DNA of 64,000 bases from a virus, in IMG/VR virus record IMGVR_UViG_3300007708_000003, positions 34,361 to 98,360 of that record. One strand, 5' to 3'. Positions 42,219 to 50,889 of the stretch are shown here, in pieces. The notes under the pieces are model-generated. The model was not told the DNA's origin, did not search any database, and saw only the letters and a list, made by a program, of their open reading frames with translations. The first letter of the stretch is position 1, and the number at the start of each line of letters is the position of its first letter. The position numbers and the translations under genes are program-made.

Positions 42219-43844
42219 CTATGGTTGCAATGTAAGTCTTACATCATAGTTATTTGCAGAATTTAACAAGTTTGTAAAGATACCTTCAAAAGTAGAATTT
42301 CTTGTAGAAGCAACTACTCTTACCAAGTATTGATCATTATCCATTGTTCCACTTGGATTACCTTTACGAGGAACACTGTGTAAAATGTTGTAAACAACAT
42401 ATTTGTTACCACGTGTAAGTTCAGTAAAAGGATTATAATCAAGAACCTCTCTTAAACGTGGATCTTGGATCCATGGTTCTTGTTGGTATCTCTTAGCTAA
42501 GATTAACTCTCTAATAAGAGTTTCACCAAAACCTCTACCTTGTATAGCTTGTTGTACTTCAGTAGGTACAAAACATTGAGCTAAACATTGATTTCCTAAT
42601 GGGTCTAATGCAGTAATAGAACCATAAATTTCAACTGGTTGTAATTCTACGTGATCTCTTGGAGCAAATGAACAGTCACCAAATACAGTATCTACATAAG
42701 CACCTACAATTTCTAAGAAAGAATTTACAGTATCAGGAGCAGTAGCACCTGTTAATGGAGTATATCCAGCAGTTGTAATTACACCATATATTTTAGGAGT
42801 AATAATAGTAGTTGTAATATTAGCAATAGCTGTAGTACTTGGAGTTTGAATAGTATCAGCAGCAACTAAAGCAACAGCTCCAGAACCAGTAGCAGCAACA
42901 TAACTTGAAATTACATAAGCAGTTACAGGAGTAACAGAACTAATTGTAGTAGAAGCAACAGTTTGAGAAATATTAACTGTAAAAGTTGAACCTGTACCAC
43001 CACCACCAGTTAATAGTTTAGTAATAGTTGTACCAGCAGCAACACCAGTTCCAGTAAGTACTTGACCTACAGAGAAAATTGTGTTAGTTGCAGTACCTAC
43101 AGTAAATACATTACCTGCAATAGTACAACCAGTTGCAGAAGTAGCAGTAGTTGGTGTAAATACAACTCTTTGTCCAGCTAAAATACCTGTTCTATCAGAT
43201 ACTGTTAATGCATTTGCAGCAGTTGCAGTAGCTGTAGCACCAAGACCACTAGATAATAATACTTGGTTCCATACAGTTCCTTGTACATAATCTTTTATAG
43301 TTGGATATAAAGCCAATCTATCTGCCCATCCTAACAATACAATATTTGGATCTACATTATTAGGAGAAGTTGCAGAATCACAACATCCTGTTTGTGCATC
43401 TAATGTAAAGTAAGCATTGTGAGTTAAGAAACGCAATACTGGAGAACCTTTAAGATCAATTCTTAATCTGTAAGTAGTGTTACAAGTAACAGAACATCCA
43501 GGAGTAGAAGCTATTTGAACAATATCTTGTACAGGATTAGATGGTTCAGTTACATAGTATGCACTAATGTACTTAGGGTTGATCCCTTTTGATTTCACTG
43601 ATTCTTTGTAACCTCCATGATAAGGTCCCAATTTATCAACAGTGTGATAACTTCCTTGTGCAATATACACTAAGGGATTTACTTGGTAAGCAGTAGTAGT
43701 TAATGTTGCATCAACAGTTAAGTTGGTAGCAGCACTAAATACACCTACTTGTCCAGCAGTTAAAGCAGAACTAGCAATACCAGTTGTTGTCTGGAAGCTT
43801 CCTGCAACGAGCATTTTTTGAAATGCATGTGGAAAATAAGCCAT
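42219..43844 (-). CDS. Abundant structural protein, probably auxiliary capsid protein, with Thr/Gly-rich beta insert (541 aa)
   Basis: Position in the capsid module with its own terminator; central T/A/G-rich insertion. Confidence 0.5.
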   Translation of the reverse strand: MAYFPHAFQKMLVAGSFQTTTGIASSALTAGQVGVFSAATNLTVDATLTTTAYQVNPLVYIAQGSYHTVDKLGPYHGGYKESVKSKGINPKYISAYYVTEPSNPVQDIVQIASTPGCSVTCNTTYRLRIDLKGSPVLRFLTHNAYFTLDAQTGCCDSATSPNNVDPNIVLLGWADRLALYPTIKDYVQGTVWNQVLLSSGLGATATATAANALTVSDRTGILAGQRVVFTPTTATSATGCTIAGNVFTVGTATNTIFSVGQVLTGTGVAAGTTITKLLTGGGGTGSTFTVNISQTVASTTISSVTPVTAYVISSYVAATGSGAVALVAADTIQTPSTTAIANITTTIITPKIYGVITTAGYTPLTGATAPDTVNSFLEIVGAYVDTVFGDCSFAPRDHVELQPVEIYGSITALDPLGNQCLAQCFVPTEVQQAIQGRGFGETLIRELILAKRYQQEPWIQDPRLREVLDYNPFTELTRGNKYVVYNILHSVPRKGNPSGTMDNDQYLVRVVASTRNSTFEGIFTNLLNSANNYDVRLTLQP

Positions 43845-43877
43845 TTTATAAAATATTTAAGGTTAATAATACATTTA

Positions 43878-44306
43878 TTATTTGAGGAATAGTAGTTTAT
43901 ATTTAATACTATTCAGTGTACTTTTGACAGTATCAAGATCATTTACAATTTCACTATAAGGCATTAACCCTTGTAATGTGCTAATCATCTGATATATATC
44001 TCTTATATAAGATAAAGATTCTTCTACAGAATTCAAAACAATTGGAGAAAAATCTTCATATTCTAATAGTTTTTCTGTAGCACCTTGAAATCCTTCTGCT
44101 AAATCATCAGCATGTCCAGGTAGTGCATCATATAATTCATTTAAAGCTTTGTGTCCAGCAAATGATCCTACACCAGTAATCTTTAAATGCATTTTGTGAA
44201 AACTTACTGCAGCATTCATTAACTCAGTAATACACGCAGCAGTTTGTTTTTCTAAAGAATTTATTGAAAACAATTCTTCTTTTTTTAATTTATAATTTTC
44301 TTCCAT
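43878..44306 (-). CDS. Dps/ferritin-like protein (DUF5856-like, 142 aa)
   Basis: HKMHL..SFAGHKALNELYD..DDLAE..QG four-helix ferritin pattern. Confidence 0.75.
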   Translation of the reverse strand: MEENYKLKKEELFSINSLEKQTAACITELMNAAVSFHKMHLKITGVGSFAGHKALNELYDALPGHADDLAEGFQGATEKLLEYEDFSPIVLNSVEESLSYIRDIYQMISTLQGLMPYSEIVNDLDTVKSTLNSIKYKLLFLK

Positions 44307-44932
44307 TATCCACCCATTTCATTATCAAGTAATCTTAGTGCAAGTTTATCAGTGCCAAATGCTTCAAGTTTATCAACCCAAGTTTGCATTTTGTCATGTT
44401 CTTCTACTTGTTCTTTTAAGAATTTTAATGATAATTCATATAACATATGATCACCTTTTTTAAATGATTCTGATGCCATTTGTTTACACTGTGTGCTAAC
44501 TAATATTTCATGATCAAATGAATCTTGAATAATCTGTGGTAAACCTGAAAAATTCTGTGCAGGTTGATCTAGACGTGGTGTAAGTGGTTGAATACCAAAT
44601 GACAATAAATATGTTCTAGACCAATCAGCATGTTTTAATTCTTCATCAGAATATGTTTTCCATAATCCAGCAGCACCTGAATATCCTTTATTATTTAACC
44701 ACATAGACATTGCTAAATATACTCTTGATGAATATTCTTCTTGTTGTATTCTATAATTTAAATAATCAACACAGTGCTCAGATATAAGTGGGTTCTGTGT
44801 TATTTTTGAAGGAACTTGTGTTGTTGCTCCTGCACTAGGTCTAGCTGTTGAAACATTGTCTAAAACAGATATTTCTTTTACAGTTTCTTCTATATTTCTT
44901 TTTAACATTCTTGTTGTTGCACTGTTATCCAT
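44306..44932 (-). CDS. Ferritin (FtnA-like, 208 aa)
   Basis: QEEYSSRVYLAM, DEELKHA, DHE and KEQVEEH carry the ferroxidase ligands. Confidence 0.85.
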   Translation of the reverse strand: MDNSATTRMLKRNIEETVKEISVLDNVSTARPSAGATTQVPSKITQNPLISEHCVDYLNYRIQQEEYSSRVYLAMSMWLNNKGYSGAAGLWKTYSDEELKHADWSRTYLLSFGIQPLTPRLDQPAQNFSGLPQIIQDSFDHEILVSTQCKQMASESFKKGDHMLYELSLKFLKEQVEEHDKMQTWVDKLEAFGTDKLALRLLDNEMGG

Positions 44933-44937
44933 AGTGT

Positions 44938-45651
44938 TTAATTATTTAATGTTGAGTTTTGTTTATTTCTTTGGTATTGAGTCATAGATTCTATATCTCC
45001 TGCAAGAATAGAACATGCTTCATCTACCAGCATTTCTGCAATATCATCTTTAAATTCACAAGTAACATCCGTAATTATTAAATTTCCTGTTGAAGGATCT
45101 ACACAATTTGCAAATTTTACTTCTCTTGGTTTTCTATAATAATATAAAACAGGAGTTGCTAATTCAAATTCATCATTTATATACACTTTTATTCTATTAC
45201 CAGATAGTGTACAAAAAGTTTCACCCCATTTAGCACTTGGTTGTCTAAATTCATCACTAAGAAGAAGATCAATATCAGCAACTTGTGCAAGGTAAACAGT
45301 CATTCTTCTTGGTTCAGTACAACAATCTGCTATAGAGTTTACTGCAAATCTTTTAAAATATAAATAATCAGCAGGTAAAACACCAGTTTCATAATAAACA
45401 TCACGTTTTGTTAATACTATAGGACTTGTTAAAGTATCAGTAAGTAATAACTGTATATCATCTATACTCATCTTAGAAGATTCATCACCTTCTTTAAATT
45501 GATTTGCACCATGAACTTGTCTACGCACCCATTCTAACTGTGCTTTATTAAATGCTTCACTAACTTGCCAGCATTCTATGTTATCATAGTCTAAACTGGC
45601 AAGCTTGTTTAAGCGTTCTTTTATTTTTATTTGTAATAAACTATTTGTCAT
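44938..45651 (-). CDS. Putative head-tail ring/adaptor protein (237 aa)
   Basis: LNKLAS..AFNKAQ..YYRKP..EMLVDEA pattern of crAss-like ring proteins. Confidence 0.6.
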   Translation of the reverse strand: MTNSLLQIKIKERLNKLASLDYDNIECWQVSEAFNKAQLEWVRRQVHGANQFKEGDESSKMSIDDIQLLLTDTLTSPIVLTKRDVYYETGVLPADYLYFKRFAVNSIADCCTEPRRMTVYLAQVADIDLLLSDEFRQPSAKWGETFCTLSGNRIKVYINDEFELATPVLYYYRKPREVKFANCVDPSTGNLIITDVTCEFKDDIAEMLVDEACSILAGDIESMTQYQRNKQNSTLNN

Positions 45652-45654
45652 GTC

Positions 45655-45897
45655 TTAACATTTCCATTTTTTTAAGGCTAATGCTTTTCTTGTTGGATCA
45701 CCATTAGGTTTTTTCATAGGACCTTTTACACCAGACATTCTTGCACAAAATGATTCTTTTCTAGGACCACCTTCAGGTTGAGGTGCTTTAAGATGAGAAC
45801 CAGGATTTGCTTTATTATAAGAATCTCTTCCTTTCTGGTTTAAACCACCAGAAGGAGATTTACCTTCTTTTCTTTGCCAAGCTGCTGTCTTTGCCAT
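45655..45897 (-). CDS. Small basic protein (DUF6321-like, 80 aa)
   Basis: AWQRKEGK..GGLN..RKESFCARM..ALKKWKC. Confidence 0.7.
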   Translation of the reverse strand: MAKTAAWQRKEGKSPSGGLNQKGRDSYNKANPGSHLKAPQPEGGPRKESFCARMSGVKGPMKKPNGDPTRKALALKKWKC

Positions 45898-45902
45898 GAT
45901 GC

Positions 45903-46025
45903 TTATTTTTTAGATGTTTTTTTAGAACCTGCAATTTTATCAGCAAAAGTTATTTTATTCTTTGGAGGTGCCAAAGAAGCAAACTTTTTTTGAGATGGAG
46001 TTGTAGGAGTTTTACCTTTTGCCAT
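45903..46025 (-). CDS. Small basic peptide (40 aa)
   Basis: Read manually: MAKGKTPTTPSQKKFASLAPPKNKITFADKIAGSKKTSKK. Confidence 0.7.
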   Translation of the reverse strand: MAKGKTPTTPSQKKFASLAPPKNKITFADKIAGSKKTSKK

Positions 46026-46030
46026 AATTT

Positions 46031-46174
46031 CTATTTTTTAGATTTTATTTTTTTCTCTTGTTTAAGCATCTCAGCTGTAGGTTTCTTTCCAGAACCTTTG
46101 TTAGCTCTGATATTATCCCAAAGTCCTCTTTGAGAAGTAGAACCATCTGCTCTTTTAATCATTTGTTTTGCCAT
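46031..46174 (-). CDS. Small basic peptide (47 aa)
   Basis: Read manually: MAKQMIKRADGSTSQRGLWDNIRANKGSGKKPTAEMLKQEKKIKSKK. Confidence 0.7.
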   Translation of the reverse strand: MAKQMIKRADGSTSQRGLWDNIRANKGSGKKPTAEMLKQEKKIKSKK

Positions 46175-46188
46175 GACTTATATAGTTA

Positions 46189-46344
46189 TTAACAACCTCT
46201 ACCACTTTTTTTAATACTACCACCCATTTTTTTCACATTTGGTGTTGCAATACTTTTAAAAGGAGGAATAATAGGACTAGTTTTATGTATAACCTTTTTT
46301 GATTCTAAAGAATCTTTATCTAATTGTTTTTTATTGAATGACAT
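46189..46344 (-). CDS. Small basic peptide with KKMGG motif (51 aa)
   Basis: Read manually: MSFNKKQLDKDSLESKKVIHKTSPIIPPFKSIATPNVKKMGGSIKKSGRGC. Confidence 0.6.
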   Translation of the reverse strand: MSFNKKQLDKDSLESKKVIHKTSPIIPPFKSIATPNVKKMGGSIKKSGRGC

Positions 46345-46360
46345 AGTATATAAATTTAAG

Positions 46361-47377
46361 TTATGAGTTCCAATATTTTTCTGTATTTGTAATTACATCC
46401 AAAAGAATTTCTTCATTTAAAGGATTCTTCAAGTATAATAAAATATCAGAAGGGTTTTTACCTAACATAGAACCTGACTTCATATGATAGATGTTACCAT
46501 CACCTCTTGTTGCAATTAATTTATAAAAATTAGCATCTTTAATTACAGCTCTTAATTTAAGAGTTTCCATATCTAATAGGCATATATCTAAAAACTTTTG
46601 AGCAGTTTGACGTTTATTAGTTTCTACTGATTCTCCACTAATGTATTTATCCATATTATCATATAATACATCAAGTGGTGTAGATTTTTTATATTGTGTT
46701 GAATTTGGATCAACTACTTTACATACATAAAATAACTTATTTGTATTCTTATCAAACATTTTTTGTAATTCAGCAAATGCTTTGTTTTTAAGTTTTTTAA
46801 GTTCTGTTTTAATGGATGCAGTTTCTTCAAACTTGTCTAAATAAAACTTATACCTAGGAGCTTCAGTTCTAGCATGTTGTAATGATTTTGCAATAATACT
46901 AAATCCTCCATGTTCAATAGCTCTTAACTTAATAAGATCATAAGGATCATTTGCAGCATCTAAATACACTGGTTCATTACTGCATCTTAATGCAATCTTA
47001 CTCCAAAATTCATCATTATCAGGTCTTAGTAATTTTACCTTATTCCAAAAATCAGGATCTTTAGGATCAATAACATTTGCAATAAGTTCTTTTTCTAATT
47101 GAGCAACAGTATTTCTAATATCTTTTACCAAAGCATCTTTTTCTTCTTCAGGTAAATTTTTTATTTCTGGAGCAAATTCATTAAGTCCTGTAACATATCT
47201 TTTAATTCCATTATTTTCAAGACATATAATTTGTTCTTCATGAAAAATTCCTTCAAACAATACCATATTGTATTTTTCTAAACCCATGTTTTCATTAATA
47301 TTGTCAACAAAAGGTCTAATTGTAACACTGCTATTTCTTTTTAAAGACTGATGCTTGTCTATCATTGTAATTTCCAT
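46361..47377 (-). CDS. Conserved crAss-like capsid-module protein downstream of the major capsid protein (338 aa)
   Basis: YVTGL..DEFW..DPYDLIK..YLKNPLNEE pattern and synteny. Confidence 0.55.
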   Translation of the reverse strand: MEITMIDKHQSLKRNSSVTIRPFVDNINENMGLEKYNMVLFEGIFHEEQIICLENNGIKRYVTGLNEFAPEIKNLPEEEKDALVKDIRNTVAQLEKELIANVIDPKDPDFWNKVKLLRPDNDEFWSKIALRCSNEPVYLDAANDPYDLIKLRAIEHGGFSIIAKSLQHARTEAPRYKFYLDKFEETASIKTELKKLKNKAFAELQKMFDKNTNKLFYVCKVVDPNSTQYKKSTPLDVLYDNMDKYISGESVETNKRQTAQKFLDICLLDMETLKLRAVIKDANFYKLIATRGDGNIYHMKSGSMLGKNPSDILLYLKNPLNEEILLDVITNTEKYWNS

Positions 47378-47440
47378 CTGTAATAATTTAAGTTGTTGTT
47401 TTTTTTCTTTTCTCTGTTTTTTATAACTATTAGTTTAAAG

Positions 47441-47566
47441 CTCCTAAACCACGTCAAGGTTGTTATATCTTAGGAGAAATGCCTACATTTCTGTAGACAA
47501 AGTGAGTGAGTTAACACTCAGGGGAGAGAGGATATCTCTTTAACTTGCCATACTATGTACAAGTTA
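47441..47566 (-). ncRNA. Candidate structured RNA or leader (five tandem hairpins)
   Basis: Minus sense: TAACTTG/CAAGTTA; AGAGA/TCTCT; TGAGTG/CACTCA; GTCTACA-GAAA-TGTAGGC; CTCCTAA/TTAGGAG. Confidence 0.45.
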
Positions 47567-47571
47567 CAAAT

Positions 47572-47760
47572 TTATGCTTTTTTATACTTTGTTGGTGACA
47601 CAGTAGCTTTAGCATTTTTTTGTACTGACTGAGGATTAGTAGCTGATTTAACAACAATATTATTCCCCATTGCACTTTTGTTTTTTACTACAGACTGAGG
47701 ATTTGTAGCTTTTTTAACTACAATATTATTTCCCATTACTGCTTTATTTTTTCCTGCCAT
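47572..47760 (-). CDS. Small basic protein with tandem 22-aa repeat (62 aa)
   Basis: KNKAVMGNNIVVKKATNPQSVV / KNKSAMGNNIVVKSATNPQSVQ. Confidence 0.7.
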   Translation of the reverse strand: MAGKNKAVMGNNIVVKKATNPQSVVKNKSAMGNNIVVKSATNPQSVQKNAKATVSPTKYKKA

Positions 47761-47785
47761 GATTTCTTATTGTTTTAAAGTTATT

Positions 47786-47829
47786 AAAAAAAAGACCTGG
47801 GAGCTATTCTTATGGGAAGCAACCCAGGT
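47786..47829 (-). terminator. Intrinsic terminator after the major capsid gene
   Basis: ACCTGGG..CCCAGGT followed by CTTTTTTTT. Confidence 0.75.
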
Positions 47830-47844
47830 ACTAATTTTTATTTA

Positions 47845-49494
47845 CTAGAATGATCCACCAGTTACTGGGTTTCTCATTACAATTTTCAATACTTTAGTAG
47901 GATCTTTAACCCAGATGCTTGGCATAGTTTGAGTCATAAATACTCTATAACCATTGAAGTTTCCAGAAGATGCAAATCCTTGAGATCTACCCATATAGTC
48001 CATAGTACCATTTTGGTAGAACCATTTCAATTGATTATCCCAGCTTAATTTCAACAAAAAGATGTTGTCATTAGTGTTGTCAGTAATATCAAATACAATG
48101 AAGTTGTAAGATGATAATGGGTATCCATCAATGATTGGATTCTCAATATCATTTGTGTGAACATTGTCAAATGCTGGATTCAATACAAACTTAACATTTG
48201 CCAAGAATGGAATTGTATAACTTGTAAAAGCAAATCCAAAGTTCAAGTCCATTGCATTTTTACCAGAGATAGCACCAACACCAGACTGATCCATGTTAGC
48301 AATTAATCCAGTAGTACCACCAATAGTTCCTGAGAACGCTTCTTTTTTGATAGACTCATTAACCATTCTCATACCAGCCATACCAGTTTGAACAATGATT
48401 TGTCTGTTTGGATCTGGTCCTTTGAATTCAACTTTACCATTGTAGAAGTTGAAAATTTCAGATCTGAACAACTCTAAGTTGAAAGATCCTTTGTTGTATA
48501 TTCTCTTATAAGAGTTATCTAATTGAGACCAAAGACCTACTGATAATCTAATATCATCTGGACCATCTTGTTTAATTCTACCACCTTGCCCCCACATTAA
48601 GTAAGTCTCAATGTCATTAGCTACTTTAGATAAGTGAGCTGCTTCAAGATTAGTAACAAAAGATCTAGTCAAATTACCATTATCATATGATTTTTTGATC
48701 CAGTCTTTACCCATAGATTTAACCATATCATCAATCTTAGTGATAGATGGATCAAGGTTTTTATCAAATGATCTCCAGATTTCAGTTACAGGAACTGTAC
48801 CATCTGCATTAAGACCACCTTTCATCATCATGTCAGCACGAGAAGAAATTGAATAGTGTACGTGAGCTTCAGCACCTCCTACAAAGTTGTAGTATTCTCT
48901 GAAACCATTTTGTAATTCTCCTATGTCAGAGAATTTTTCTCCATATTCCCCACGAGCAGAACCTTTTCTGAAGAATTTAGTACCTGGTTTAAGATACTTT
49001 TTGTCTAAGGTAGCTGTGTTGTTGTTGTTTACTAATTGTACAGTATAGATAAATCCATCTCCAGAAGGAAGAATGTCTTCACTAGGTACAATGTAAAGTT
49101 CTAGACCTTTATATTTGTCATAAGTGATGATATCACCTGATCCAAATATACGTCTGTTAATTTTAATTTTGAAGAGTGTACCATCAGCTCCTAAAGCTGT
49201 TTGTGTAGGTTCTACGTCTTCTACAATGTACGGAAGATCTTGTACAATTGGTGTTTGCCATTTGTACTCTCCACGAGCATTGTCTACCATTATGGTGTTT
49301 TTACCACCAAAAGATGCCATCTGATAAAGAGGCATTTCTACCTTTTGCGTCATTGCCCATAAGTCAACAGGTCCTAAATCCATAGGTTCTGAAGTCTTTA
49401 GCATATTTTGCAAATGGTATGAATCTACATGCGAACTAACTTTGTAAGTAGTATCACGCAAGAAGAGACCATTGTTTAAAACAGGTGTAGCCAT
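47845..49494 (-). CDS. Major capsid protein (549 aa)
   Basis: TerL-portal-scaffold-MCP order; highly expressed codon bias (TTC, AAC, ATC); own terminator. Confidence 0.85.
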   Translation of the reverse strand: MATPVLNNGLFLRDTTYKVSSHVDSYHLQNMLKTSEPMDLGPVDLWAMTQKVEMPLYQMASFGGKNTIMVDNARGEYKWQTPIVQDLPYIVEDVEPTQTALGADGTLFKIKINRRIFGSGDIITYDKYKGLELYIVPSEDILPSGDGFIYTVQLVNNNNTATLDKKYLKPGTKFFRKGSARGEYGEKFSDIGELQNGFREYYNFVGGAEAHVHYSISSRADMMMKGGLNADGTVPVTEIWRSFDKNLDPSITKIDDMVKSMGKDWIKKSYDNGNLTRSFVTNLEAAHLSKVANDIETYLMWGQGGRIKQDGPDDIRLSVGLWSQLDNSYKRIYNKGSFNLELFRSEIFNFYNGKVEFKGPDPNRQIIVQTGMAGMRMVNESIKKEAFSGTIGGTTGLIANMDQSGVGAISGKNAMDLNFGFAFTSYTIPFLANVKFVLNPAFDNVHTNDIENPIIDGYPLSSYNFIVFDITDNTNDNIFLLKLSWDNQLKWFYQNGTMDYMGRSQGFASSGNFNGYRVFMTQTMPSIWVKDPTKVLKIVMRNPVTGGSF

Positions 49495-49520
49495 TGTAAT
49501 TAATTAATTAAGGTTAATGT

Positions 49521-50780
49521 TTATCTTTTAAATATATTTGTTTGTCTTGTAATCTTTCTTGTAGCTGGTCTTTGATCATCATCATCATCTCTTGTATAAG
49601 AAGAAATTTTTCTTGCTTCTTCTGTTTTAAGTTTTCTAACTGTATCTGCAACTACCTCATTTTTTGCTTGTTTTCGTACATTCTCTTTATAATCTTCTGG
49701 ATCAGAAAGTAACCATAAAGTTTCTGCAATTAAATCATATCTTGGTTGTTTTCCAAATTGATAATCTTCTAAAAGTTTACCTAACATATTTGTAGGTCTT
49801 CCTGAGATACTTTCATACTTAACAGTAGTAAGTTCATCCCATAACATCTTTTGTCTTTTACCATCAATCTTTACACCATTTAGTTCACCTGGTTTTAAAG
49901 TCTCATATATATTATGCATATATGCTTCTTTTTTAGCTTGTTGTTGTTGTTTAAAATGTTCTTGTTGTGCAAGTTTACCTTGTAACATTTCTTCTTGCAA
50001 ATCATCTAATTTTGGTTTAAACTGATTTGCTTTTTTAGATAAATTATTACCATCTGTCCATTCTTGAATTTGATCTTCAATTAATTCTTGATCACCATTA
50101 CCAAATCCTGTAGCTTGTAAATATTGTCTAACAATCATTTCTTGATGTTCAGGTTGTCTTACATCAAGTTCACGAATTTCTTCAACATGTGCCAAAGCTC
50201 TAAATAAACCTTTTAAATCATTTCCACCTTTTGCAACATACTCAGCAGCATATTGTAATTCTTCAGGTAAACTTTCAAAGAACTCTTTTGGAGTTTTTGC
50301 AGCAACATCATTTTTGATACTATCAACATTTGCTGTCCATAACTCATCAATATCTTTTTCTGATAGATTTCCTAAATAATCATCTAATGATTGTTTAGTT
50401 TCATCATAATCATCAAAAGCAAACATTTCATTATTTTCAATTCTTTTCTTTAAGAATGAAACTAATCCACTTTTATCTGTTTTAGTTCTACCACCTTTTT
50501 TCTTAGGTTCATCTTCATCATCAAAATCATCACCTGTTTTAAGTGTTGAGTCTAATTCATCAAGAGTAGAATCTACAATTTCTTTATCATCTGTCTTATC
50601 ATCATCATTCTTATCTAAGAAATCAAGATTAACAGGTTTGTTTTTTGCACTAAATAAGTTTGGCTTATCATCTTCTTCATCAGAAGTTACCACACTATCT
50701 GCACCAGGCATTGGTAAAAAGTCATCAATGTTTTCAATAACTACGTCTTCTACCTGAGATTTGTTGTTTTCTGTATTCAT
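49521..50780 (-). CDS. Acidic scaffold-like protein (419 aa)
   Basis: Very acidic N-terminus and coiled coil, between portal and capsid genes. Confidence 0.65.
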   Translation of the reverse strand: MNTENNKSQVEDVVIENIDDFLPMPGADSVVTSDEEDDKPNLFSAKNKPVNLDFLDKNDDDKTDDKEIVDSTLDELDSTLKTGDDFDDEDEPKKKGGRTKTDKSGLVSFLKKRIENNEMFAFDDYDETKQSLDDYLGNLSEKDIDELWTANVDSIKNDVAAKTPKEFFESLPEELQYAAEYVAKGGNDLKGLFRALAHVEEIRELDVRQPEHQEMIVRQYLQATGFGNGDQELIEDQIQEWTDGNNLSKKANQFKPKLDDLQEEMLQGKLAQQEHFKQQQQAKKEAYMHNIYETLKPGELNGVKIDGKRQKMLWDELTTVKYESISGRPTNMLGKLLEDYQFGKQPRYDLIAETLWLLSDPEDYKENVRKQAKNEVVADTVRKLKTEEARKISSYTRDDDDDQRPATRKITRQTNIFKR

Positions 50781-50889
50781 CTGTTTAATAATTATTAGTT
50801 CTTATTCTTCTTCATATATAATCTACCAATTAAATCTGAAAGATTTAACAGTAAGCTATTTTTATTTTTACATTTTTAACACTATAACG

